Shown in pieces: positions 9,143-17,624 of a stretch of DNA of 21,454 bases. The translations under genes were made by a program, and so were the position numbers. Positions within the stretch are counted from its first letter, which is position 1; each line of letters opens with the position of its first letter. The notes under the pieces were generated by a model. The model was not told the origin of the DNA, made no database searches, and saw only the letters and a list, made by a program, of their open reading frames with translations. Source of the DNA: Methanotrichaceae archaeon (GTDB lineage: Archaea; Halobacteriota; Methanosarcinia; Methanotrichales; Methanotrichaceae); contig CAVVKN010000020.1 in NCBI GenBank assembly GCA_963748825.1, positions 1-21,454 on the forward strand, written 5' to 3'.

Positions 9143-9721
9143 CTCCTGAATGGATCTATTCCAGTTAATGCTGCCTTTTGCGATGCGGATTTATGTGTTA
9201 TTGCACAGCAGTACTATGCATATTATTGTGGCTAACCGTATTTAAAAACTTTGTAGCAATCGATGAATAATGCAATTAAAACGAAGTGAAAAGATCTTAA
9301 AGATATTCTATAACTTTGGAGAGATGAAACCAATCGACTTGATTTATTGACTTGGCATTGCTGGTTCGGGCGGCGTCTGCCAAATAGAGCATACGGCCTT
9401 CGATATCCGTTGGGACAGGCAACATCAATAGAAACCAAGCTACTGATCTACATAGTACCAAGCTTTTTATCAGAGTCGAACGATAATTATTAGGGCCTCT
9501 TCTCTCGCCAGTTAACCTTTTTAAATTCCAAAGTCTATTGTATTACTATTATCTTGGTAATCAAGTATAAATTTTTCGGTTTAATGATACGGATTTTTAA
9601 AATGCTGCAAGAAAATACTTATAGAATAAAACTCAATAATATCATCAGGCGAACAGAATGAATTCATTTTAGGGAAGAATTCCGCAAGCTCTGGCCAAAG
9701 AGCAATAAGAGATGGGAGGTT

Positions 9722-9970
9722 TTGAGAACGGATCAGAATTTAGCTCATGATGCTGAGCTTGACTGCGTGGGCCTCTTTTGCCCCATGCCCATCGCGAAGA
9801 CCAAGGAAGAGATTGAGAATATCGAGGTGGGACAGGTCTTGAAAGTAGAAGCGGACGATCCTGCTGCTGAGGAAGACATCACCCGGTGGGCCAAGCGAGC
9901 GGGCCATGAGGTCGTCAGGCTTGAGAAGTCCGGAAATATAATCACCTTTTGGATAAGAAGGAAGAAGTAA
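9722..9970 (+). CDS. tusA: TusA/SirA family sulfurtransferase
   Basis: LDCVGLFCPMPI (CPxP persulfide motif), GQVLKVEADDPAAEEDI..WA...GH. GGAGG RBS before a TTG start. Confidence 0.9.
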   Translation: MRTDQNLAHDAELDCVGLFCPMPIAKTKEEIENIEVGQVLKVEADDPAAEEDITRWAKRAGHEVVRLEKSGNIITFWIRRKK

Positions 9971-9990
9971 GAGTGCATGGTGATAGTATT

Positions 9991-10350
9991 ATGAGCAAAA
10001 TCCTTTATGTTCAGACCAGCGGCCTGGATACGCCGGAAAGACTTTACGCGCCCTTTATCCTGGGAATGACGGCTCGGGCGATGGACGTGGATGCCTCCAT
10101 CTTTTTCATGATCAAGGGCATAACCGCCATGAAAAAAGGTGAGGCGGAAAAGATCAAGATAGGAAGCTTTCCTCCCCTCAAGGAGGTCATCGACCAGGCC
10201 CTTGCCTCCGGCGTGAAGATGTACATCTGCGAGCAGAGCACACAGCTCCTCGGCATTGCCCGGGGTGATTTCATACCAGAGGCCAAGATCGCAGGTGCGG
10301 GAACCCTAAACGATCTGGCGCTGGATGCAGACTCGACGATCAGCTTCTAA
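9991..10350 (+). CDS. DsrE/DsrF-like family sulfur carrier
   Basis: PERLYAPFILGMTARAMDVDASIFFMIKG...GVKMYICEQS...AGAGTL is the DsrE fold with its conserved Cys. Start moved from 9949 to the ATG at 9991, which follows a GGTGAT RBS. Confidence 0.85.
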   Translation: MSKILYVQTSGLDTPERLYAPFILGMTARAMDVDASIFFMIKGITAMKKGEAEKIKIGSFPPLKEVIDQALASGVKMYICEQSTQLLGIARGDFIPEAKIAGAGTLNDLALDADSTISF

Positions 10351-10465
10351 GGATTTTTAAAGGCAAGAGCCTTGCCGGCAATAAGCATTCTTTGGGGCAA
10401 GAGTCAAGGAAACACAAAACCTAGATACAAGAGGCATTTTAAGTTCAAGAGGCGAAGAGGCAATT

Positions 10466-11620
10466 ATGTGTGGAATTAATCTCGACTACCAGTCCGCGTC
10501 TCCTGTGGATCCCAGGGTTGCCGAATTTGCAGAGCGCTTTCTTTCCAGTGATTTTGGCAATCCTTCTGCTCTGCATTCCCGGGGCCTGGCGGCAAAAGCC
10601 GCTCTGGAAGAGGCGCGGGCAAAAGTGGCGGAACTGATAGGCGCGGAAGGCCCGGAGACCATTGTCTTCACAGCAGGCGCCACCGAGGCCAACAACCTGG
10701 CCATCCGGGGAGCGGTGCTGAGGAACGCGGCAAAGGGCAAGAAGCTGCTGGCCAGCAGCATTGAACACATCTCCGTGCTTAATCCCCTGAAGGATCTGAA
10801 GAAGGGCGGCTTTGAACTAACCCTGGTCCCGGTGGACAGCATGGGCATCATCGATCTGGCGGCCCTGGAGGGGCAGCTCAGCAAGGAGACGGTCCTCACA
10901 TCGGTTATGTACGCCAACAGCGAGATTGGAACCATTGAGCCCATAAAAGAGGTGAGCGATCTTGTGCACGAGAAGGGGCTCTTCCTGCACGTGGATGCGA
11001 CAGCAGCGGCAGGTAAGATTGCAGTTGATGTGCAAAAGGACGGCATTGATCTCCTCACCCTTTCCTCTAACGATCTTTACGGTCCCCAGGGTGCGGGCGC
11101 GCTTTACGTGAAACCGGGTGTTCGCATTCAGCCAGTACTTTTTGGCGGCGGTCAGGAAAAAGGCCTGCGGCCCGGTACCGAGAATCTCTATGCTCTGGCG
11201 GGATTTGGTGAAGCGGCAAGGCTGGCGAAACTGGAAAAGGCAGGGGAGAGCGAGCGATTGCAGGCCATCCGGGATGGGCTGATTAAGGAGATCCTCAAGA
11301 TCGAGGAGTCACATCTCACCGGCCATCCGACGCGGCGGCTCCCGCATCATGCCAGCTTCCGCTTTAGCCGGATTGAGGGGGAGAGCATTCTCCTCACCAT
11401 GGATGTCATGTTCAACATTCAGGTATCCACGGGCTCGGCCTGCTCCTCACGCACCCTGGAGCCATCCCATGTGCTTTTGGCCATAGGCTTAAAGCATGAA
11501 GAAGCGCATGGCTCCATGGTCACGACCATGGGACGGGAAAATAGCTCCGACCAGATACCAGCCATCGCCAATGCGACGAAGAAGACAGTAGAAAGGCTGA
11601 GGGCTCTCTCTCCGCTTTAA
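10466..11620 (+). CDS. iscS: IscS/NifS-like protein (class V PLP fold) with Asp replacing the Schiff-base Lys
   Basis: FGNPSALH, GATEANN, IEHISV, STGSACSS (Cys326) and PSHVL are present. The PLP motif reads SSNDLYGPQG instead of SxHKxxGPKG. Confidence 0.92.
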   Translation: MCGINLDYQSASPVDPRVAEFAERFLSSDFGNPSALHSRGLAAKAALEEARAKVAELIGAEGPETIVFTAGATEANNLAIRGAVLRNAAKGKKLLASSIEHISVLNPLKDLKKGGFELTLVPVDSMGIIDLAALEGQLSKETVLTSVMYANSEIGTIEPIKEVSDLVHEKGLFLHVDATAAAGKIAVDVQKDGIDLLTLSSNDLYGPQGAGALYVKPGVRIQPVLFGGGQEKGLRPGTENLYALAGFGEAARLAKLEKAGESERLQAIRDGLIKEILKIEESHLTGHPTRRLPHHASFRFSRIEGESILLTMDVMFNIQVSTGSACSSRTLEPSHVLLAIGLKHEEAHGSMVTTMGRENSSDQIPAIANATKKTVERLRALSPL

Positions 11621-11632
11621 AGGTGAAAAGAA

Positions 11633-12085
11633 ATGGCACAGATTGGTTACTCCAAGAAAGTTATGGAACACTTCATGAACCCCAGGAATGTGGGGGTGAT
11701 TGAGAATCCGGACGGATATGGACAGGTGGGAAATCCCGTCTGCGGCGATCTCATGGAGATATTCATCACCGTCAAGGAAGACAAGGTAGACGACATCAAG
11801 TTTCGCACCTTCGGTTGCGGCTCGGCCATAGCCGTCTCCAGCATGGTCACGGAAATGGCCAAGGGCAAGACGCTGGACGAGGCCATCAAGATCACCCGCA
11901 AGGATGTGGCAGACGAGCTGGGGGGCTTGCCGCCCCAAAAGATGCATTGCTCCAACCTGGGGGCGGATGCACTGCATGCGGCCATCAAGGACTACTGGGT
12001 GAAGATCGGCAAGATCAAGCCGGAGGAAGCGAAGCCTGAGGAAGAAGGCCATGAGGGCGAAGAGGGAGAGAGCTGCGGGACGTAA
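11633..12085 (+). CDS. iscU: Fe-S cluster scaffold IscU/NifU-N
   Basis: YSKKVMEHFMNPRNVG, GNPVCGD, FGCGSAIA and LPPQKMHCSNL give three Cys ligands. Acidic C-terminal tail ending in CGT. Confidence 0.95.
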   Translation: MAQIGYSKKVMEHFMNPRNVGVIENPDGYGQVGNPVCGDLMEIFITVKEDKVDDIKFRTFGCGSAIAVSSMVTEMAKGKTLDEAIKITRKDVADELGGLPPQKMHCSNLGADALHAAIKDYWVKIGKIKPEEAKPEEEGHEGEEGESCGT

Positions 12086-12120
12086 ATGATTTAATGTTAA
12101 TCTTAATGGAATGACTATTT

Positions 12121-12675
12121 ATGAGAATTGAAGATACAATCTATTTTTCTCCATCATTTAAATTTAAGGATATTGATTGGGAAAATAAAGATCAATTGAT
12201 CGAAGCGTTCAGTGATCGAGTATGCGGTTTTTATCTTAATCCTGCTGAAAAACTTAATTCTAATAAAGATGGGTTTGCTACTGGCCTATTATGCATTGCG
12301 ACAATAGATTTTCTTGCGAGAATAGCTATAGGAAAAAGAAAAAGGCCAGGCCCCAGAATTAGAGAATGGATTGAGGGAAGTATCAAAGAATTTAAAGGGA
12401 AAAATTTATCTAGTCAAAAATTTTATGAAGATTTTCGTAATGGCCTTATACATGAAGGACGAATAAAGAATGGCGGCCAATTTACTTATGATGTTTCGAG
12501 AATTTATTGTGATGATGATGTTATGCTAATAAATCCAGGAATGGTTTTAAATAGTATAAAAATATCGTTTCAAAATTACATAAGTGTTATTCAAGGCGAT
12601 GAAGATAAATTCAAGGAATTTAAAGATTTATTAAAGGATGATTTTAAAAAAGAAATTGAATTAACGCACAAATAG
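12121..12675 (+). CDS. AT-rich hypothetical protein with a HEPN-like RxxxxH motif
   Basis: 184 aa, predicted helical, with FYEDFRNGLIHEG (R106-x4-H111). GC drops sharply relative to iscU. Confidence 0.6.
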   Translation: MRIEDTIYFSPSFKFKDIDWENKDQLIEAFSDRVCGFYLNPAEKLNSNKDGFATGLLCIATIDFLARIAIGKRKRPGPRIREWIEGSIKEFKGKNLSSQKFYEDFRNGLIHEGRIKNGGQFTYDVSRIYCDDDVMLINPGMVLNSIKISFQNYISVIQGDEDKFKEFKDLLKDDFKKEIELTHK

Positions 12676-12787
12676 CATCTAATTGACGTCATCTTTGACT
12701 ACTATTTAATTCAATCCATCAGCTTTCCTTGCACACAAATGGGGTTTTTTATGCCACAATTTACGCTGACCGCATCCAGTGACTTTT

Positions 12788-12856
12788 GATGCCCTATCAT
12801 CAAGCGCGTGTGTGTGCGGGAAAGAGCGCCGGAGCCTCAGAGTTGTGTAGGGCTTG
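12788..12856 (+). repeat. Degenerate GC-rich direct repeat, copy 1 (upstream of hicB)
   Basis: Shares the ordered blocks GATGCC, CAAG, GCGCGTGTGTG, CGGGAA, CGCCGGAGCC, CAGA and AGGGCT with 13388-13506. Confidence 0.65.
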
Positions 12857-12919
12857 CTTCAATTGGACTGTAGGCATGGTCTTTAATTAGAATGAAGATC
12901 CAAAGTTGATGGAAAATAT

Positions 12920-13135
12920 ATGCAGACATTTACAGCCGTCATCCACCGAGAAGAGGATATGTTTGTTGCCGAGTGTCCCGAAGTAGGAACTGCGAGTCAG
13001 GGAGCAACTATCGAGGGAGCGCTTGCGAACCTCAAAGAGGCTACGCAGCTTTATCTGGATGAGTTCCCCATTGATTTGAAACCTGCGCGTTCTTTTGTTA
13101 CCACCTTTGAGGTGGCCGAAATTGCCGGGACTTAG
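12920..13135 (+). CDS. hicB: HicB-family antitoxin (short form)
   Basis: FTAVIHREEDMFVAECPEVGTASQGATIEGALANLKEATQLYL is the HicB partial RNase H fold. Confidence 0.88.
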   Translation: MQTFTAVIHREEDMFVAECPEVGTASQGATIEGALANLKEATQLYLDEFPIDLKPARSFVTTFEVAEIAGT

Positions 13136-13352
13136 AAAGGTTTCGGGCGAGGAAACGGTTAAGATACTCTGCAACAAATTCGGATTTAACATTTCGGGCC
13201 AATCTGGGAGCCATGTCAGGCTCTCGAAAACGACGCCACAAGGCAAAGTGGGTACTGTAGTGCCAATGCATCCGGAGCTGAAGATTGGGACTCTCAAAAG
13301 TATTTTGAAGCTTGCCAGGATTTCTTCAGAAGAGTTCGCAGAATATCTCTAG
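13122..13352 (+). CDS. hicA: HicA-family toxin (mRNA interferase)
   Basis: VSGEETVKIL...FGF....QSGSHVRL...TVVPMHPELKIGTLKSILK. Likely TTG start at 13122 after a GAGGTG RBS, overlapping the end of hicB. Confidence 0.88.
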   Translation: MPGLRKVSGEETVKILCNKFGFNISGQSGSHVRLSKTTPQGKVGTVVPMHPELKIGTLKSILKLARISSEEFAEYL

Positions 13353-13387
13353 CAGAGTTCCTTTGCTTGAGTCCTAGCTAAACTAAG

Positions 13388-13506
13388 GATGCCGCTAACC
13401 AAGTCTCCCGCGCGTGTGTGCGTGCGTACGGACGCACGTGGACGCTCGGGCGGGCCCGCAGCAAGTACGGGAAGGGCCGCCGGAGCCGCAGAACTTTGAG
13501 GGCTCG
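13388..13506 (+). repeat. Degenerate GC-rich direct repeat, copy 2 (downstream of hicA), with an internal hairpin
   Basis: Same ordered blocks as 12788-12856, plus an insert containing the stem CGTGCGT-acgg-ACGCACG. Confidence 0.65.
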
Positions 13507-14111
13507 ACGAAAGGCCAGGGCATGATGAGTTTCTTCAATCTCTCAGATCTTAGGCTAAAATAACGACTAATTCATGTAATCAAAAAGTAACCATGAGTAA
13601 CTGGCCGGACGATCAAAGGGCTATCAGAGCAGAGTACGAAGCACAGCACCCGATCACAAAGAAGCTGGGCAGCATGCGGATGTTCAGGAGTTGCTTTAGG
13701 AAGAACATGGTTGACATACGCTCTTGCTCTAGCTTCTTTGAATCAGTGTATCCGGTGACGAGATGCTTTCAGGAGGATCAGGTAGATCTCTTACCGCCTC
13801 TAGCACCGTTTTCGCTGTCGAGCATCTCTCCGCCTACCGCCATCCGCTCCAGGTCCTCCACGTCTATTTGGTCCATCTTGAACTTTGTAACCAGGATGCC
13901 AGTCATGACGGCATCGCTATGCTTCGCTTTCTAGTCAATTTCCCCCCCTCCTAACTCGCCTGCCTGGATATCTCTGGCCTGGCCGCTTCCGGGCAGTCAA
14001 TGATTAAGTAATAGCTGTCCTCTCGACCGCCAACTACAAGTATCTATAACTATTATCTAGCAAGTTTGCCGCTTCATACGCTTCGCTAGAACAAATTTGG
14101 AGGCATATAAA

Positions 14112-15020
14112 TTGAATAAGAAATACATGATTCTTCCCCTAATGCTCGTATTCCTCTTCGCTACAGGCATGTCGCTGGGGCAGTCAGCCAACAATACTAG
14201 CATTACGGAGAATAATTCAACTGCTGCAGCGAACATCGTCTCTTCGAAAAATGTAACCGCAGCCACTAATCTGAAATTCATCTGGTTGGTTACTGGTATC
14301 GAGGCAGATCAGATCATTATGGTGCTAGACCAAGATGGCGGGGATCTCTTCGGCCAGGCTAAGTACGAGCCTCAAGGCGGCAAGCCCTGGAATGCTGAAG
14401 TCACAGGGTCCATCGCAAACGACAAGGTGGATCTGATCATCACCGCCAAAAAGGAAAACGAGCTGGTAAGTTCAAAGCTTTCCGGATTTTTCGATAACCA
14501 GAACGAAAGCATCAGTGGCAACTACACGCAGGTAAGCCTAGGTAAGATCGTAAATAAAGGCAGTTTCACCGCCTTGCAGATTAGCCCGGATACATCCAGC
14601 TATGCGCCTATTACCATCGAGGAGCCCAAGGTTGAAACATCTGCTCCTGCCATCGTTAACACTACTGCGACTGTAGCGACTACTGTGACTACAGGCATCT
14701 CCCAATACGAGCAGCAGTACGCTCCGGACGGTGTGGGATGGGTCCAGGGCAGAGTAGTAGATCAGACTGGTGCAGGCATACCCTCTGCAAGTATAACCGT
14801 AGACGGTCTAAGGACATCAGACGCTACCGATGAGCGTGGAAATTACCGGCTTGCGCTTTCCCCTGGATTGCACAGAATTGATCCCATGAAATCAGGTTAC
14901 GGCATTCCTCCACGCGTGGTCTTCATTTCTTCAAGGCAGACGACCAATCTCGACATTATTGCAAAAAGGACGGTTGCTTTGGGGGGTTCCTTTCCGCAAT
15001 CATATGATACTACCAAATAG
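14112..15020 (+). CDS. Secreted protein with a Thr-rich linker and a C-terminal carboxypeptidase-regulatory-like (Ig/transthyretin-like) domain
   Basis: Signal peptide NKKYMILPLMLVFLFATGMSLG and several N-x-S/T sequons. C-terminal GWVQGRVVDQTGAGIPSASITVDG...TDERGNY.L.LSPGLH.I...KSGY. TTG start at 14112 follows GGAGG. Confidence 0.75.
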   Translation: MNKKYMILPLMLVFLFATGMSLGQSANNTSITENNSTAAANIVSSKNVTAATNLKFIWLVTGIEADQIIMVLDQDGGDLFGQAKYEPQGGKPWNAEVTGSIANDKVDLIITAKKENELVSSKLSGFFDNQNESISGNYTQVSLGKIVNKGSFTALQISPDTSSYAPITIEEPKVETSAPAIVNTTATVATTVTTGISQYEQQYAPDGVGWVQGRVVDQTGAGIPSASITVDGLRTSDATDERGNYRLALSPGLHRIDPMKSGYGIPPRVVFISSRQTTNLDIIAKRTVALGGSFPQSYDTTK

Positions 15021-15088
15021 ATCTATCAAGTATACCCAAAGCTATTTGGTCAGTAACCATCTATAATTGCTCAAGGAGGAAAGAAAAT

Positions 15089-15385
15089 ATGAAACGAATA
15101 GATTTTGTAGTTATGGTAGCCGCGGTTCTTGTTGTATTGTTGATAGCAGGTTGCGTGAGTGCGCCACAAAAAGAGACATCCACGTCAGCAGAAACCACAT
15201 CCACACCAACACAACAACCACAAACAACAACATCAACTCAAACCACATATACATCACCACAACCACAACACAACCACATCAACTCAAACCACAGTGAATG
15301 GCGGAGGAAACAAATCGCCGAGATACTGAATCGATCCGGCAGTAAACTATTTTTTTGGAACCGACTGATGCGCTCGCGCTTCTAG
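15089..15385 (+). CDS. Short lipoprotein-like protein with Thr/Gln/Pro repeats, probably frameshifted or truncated
   Basis: MKR + hydrophobic stretch + lipobox LIAGC. A tandem ACATCAACTCAAACCACA repeat is read as TSTQTT in its first copy but out of frame (HINSNH) in its second. Confidence 0.6.
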   Translation: MKRIDFVVMVAAVLVVLLIAGCVSAPQKETSTSAETTSTPTQQPQTTTSTQTTYTSPQPQHNHINSNHSEWRRKQIAEILNRSGSKLFFWNRLMRSRF

Positions 15386-15388
15386 GAA

Positions 15389-15736
15389 CTATAATATCGC
15401 CTGATGCTTTCCATGCACATCAATTTTTTCAGGGCTTCTCTCGCCTGCAAGGAAGCTCGACAAACCTGACCGTATGTAAGCCTCTCGCCTGTGGTTCGGA
15501 CTAGCTTTCAGATAAATGCCCGTGGTAGCCAGAGATGCATGGCCGAGTTGTGCTTGTAGATCACTCAAAGGAATTCCTGCTCCAATCGAGAACATCGCAA
15601 AGCTATGCCGCAGCATATGGAGTTGTATGCGATATCGTCCTGGCCCCTTTCGACCAGGATGCACTATCTGCTGTAATCCAGACCTACCTGCTGGCACAGC
15701 TCGATCTAAGCAGCCGCGTTGCGCCAGTATGTGCAT
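15389..15736 (-). pseudogene. C-terminal remnant of a tyrosine recombinase/integrase
   Basis: HMLRHSFA (HxxR box), QAQLGHASLATTGIY (LGH and catalytic Tyr). The N-terminal core and first Arg box are absent. Confidence 0.82.
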
Positions 15737-16036
15737 TCCTACATCAATAATTAGAGTCAGTGATAAAGTACCCCGAAAACCGCTATGCCAAACTGCTCAT
15801 TGCCGTGGAGTGATTTATCGACAATTGCGCGATATTACTTTTTCGATAGCATTAGCATGAAAAGATGCTGCATAATCCATCGCGCAACATCTAAGGGGTT
15901 TGTTTGAGTCTGAAAGTGTCCTTATAATAATATCTTGTGGATTTATGCATATCGAAAAAAGAGAGGATGGATTACATGTTACACAGACTGCTTAGAGCAG
16001 GGATTAGCCCGTATACCATAGTTCCTCTTATCCAAT

Positions 16037-17624
16037 TTACCTGCTCACGGCTTCCAGATCCAGTTTGGTTGTTTGGTTCCTGTATACCATGACTGAAGAT
16101 GGCATAACGCTGTAATTTGATGACTGCGCCCCGATGCTATGCTGTCCTGGTTGGACCTTTACCTGGTAATTGCCAAGGGTGTCTGCCATTATTCTCATAG
16201 GGATATAATCCACCATTATCTCAGCCGAGGCCACTCCGAAACCGGTCTTCTGATCATATATTTTGCCTTCAACAAAGCCAAATGTCTCCTCTGGGACATT
16301 GTTTGGAGATGGCATTATCGACACATTCTGATCTTGGGCTTGCGTGGGAGGCATCTGCGGCATCTGGCCCGCAGCCACGTGGATGCTGCCCAGCAGACCC
16401 TCTGTAACATCCTGGGGATACGTCGAGGCGATGTTCACGAGTACTGTGCCAACAGAGACCGGGCCGCACTCACAGTCCTTGCTGTCCAGCCAGTACTGGG
16501 CCTGGTAGAACATGAATCCTGAAGACGCGTTGCCCATGCCGGTGAGAGGTATTCCAGAGAGCAAGAAACCGTTCATGTTGTCGATGACCATCTCCTCTGG
16601 GGCAGTGACGTTAAGGCCTCTGAGAGCCATTCGCAGGGCTGCGATCTCCACGTTCACTCCCAGAATTGAGGGTGTGAGATTGTTGTATTGAGTTATGCTT
16701 ATGGATGCACCCGTTGTATTATCCGTTTTTATCACGAGCGGATAGATGGTAGCAAAAGGAGTGACAACAGGATCTTGCATCTGGATCTGGTAGATCATAT
16801 CGGTGTTCATATTGAACGATACCGTATAAGGTCCGAGCTGATGTGTCTCGGTCGTGGGGGCTGCTGTATGTACTGGATTCGTTGACCCTGCTGGTGTCTG
16901 GGCAAACACATCCACAACGACCACGTTGCTGGGCTGGTTGTTCACCACAAAGTAGAGCATGTGTCTTCCAACCTTGTCAGCATTGAAGTTCATAGTGTTA
17001 TAACCCTGGTTGAACTGGTAAGTATTGTACTTAGAACTGGTTGTGTCGGTCTGGATCATCTCATAGAAGCCTGCTGGTCCTTCAGCGGGTGCGTAGGCAA
17101 TTAGCTGCAACCAGGTTCCGACTGGGCTTACCACATATTGTGTCCAGTTTGTTGCTCCTTGAATCCAGAGGTCATTGGTCTTGGATGGCACTGTGGATTC
17201 ATACTGGGTGTAATGGTAAGCCTACACCGGCACCGTAGTACACAGTGGAAGGTGTTTTCTGGGTTATATCGAACTTGGTAGGATTGCTTATTATCCCGCC
17301 CACGACAGGCGTACCAGTGGTTGTATAGTACTCTGTAAAGGGCGAGAACGTGACCTCGCTATACGGTTGGCTATAGAAGGAACCACCCGTTGTGTACCAG
17401 GGGAAGTTGGGGACTGGCGTATCGAGCCAATGCAACATGCCAGCCAGCCCCGGATCACTTGTACCGCGGTACATTTGGCCCATGTTGGGGCTAAGATAAT
17501 CTCCGCTAGATCCCATTGAGCTGCCACTGGAACCTGCGCCTAGAGGGTCCTGTGCGAATGCCTGAACTGCAAGGCAAACGAGCACTGTCAAACACAGTAA
17601 AATTTTGCTATATTTCATTTTCAC
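16037..17624 (-). pseudogene. Multidomain secreted/surface protein split by a 1-nt insertion (ORFs 17199-17624 and 16037-17191)
   Basis: Removing one A at 17212-17213 restores GLP-YTQYESTVPSKTNDLW, colinear with the paralog's ALPYSQYMSSLPSKTNDLW. Has a signal peptide, a shared core domain, a second domain with YWLDSKDCECGP, and a C-terminal carboxypeptidase-regulatory-like domain. The gene may be intact if the indel is a sequencing error. Confidence 0.8.

Noticed and set aside
9232-9470. 68-aa minus-strand ORF or a decayed signal-peptide gene in the divergent spacer
   Set aside because: No motif or convincing RBS, and multiple stops in the alternative frames.
10445-12052. Long antisense ORFs over iscS/iscU (and similar ones over the oxidoreductase, ferritin and surface genes)
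   Set aside because: These are shadow ORFs of GC-rich coding sequence, and the opposite strand carries clear family motifs.
12676-13560. Integron attC sites or a CRISPR array
   Set aside because: There are only two degenerate, unequal repeats. They lack paired RYYYAAC/GTTRRRY ends and regular repeat-spacer periodicity, and there are no cas or intact integrase genes.
13593-13954. Plus-strand ORFs of 113 and 63 aa
   Set aside because: No recognisable motifs. The minus strand has a more protein-like but stop- and frameshift-interrupted reading (KAKHSDAVMTGILVTKFKMDQIDVEDLERMA) that I cannot assign to a family.
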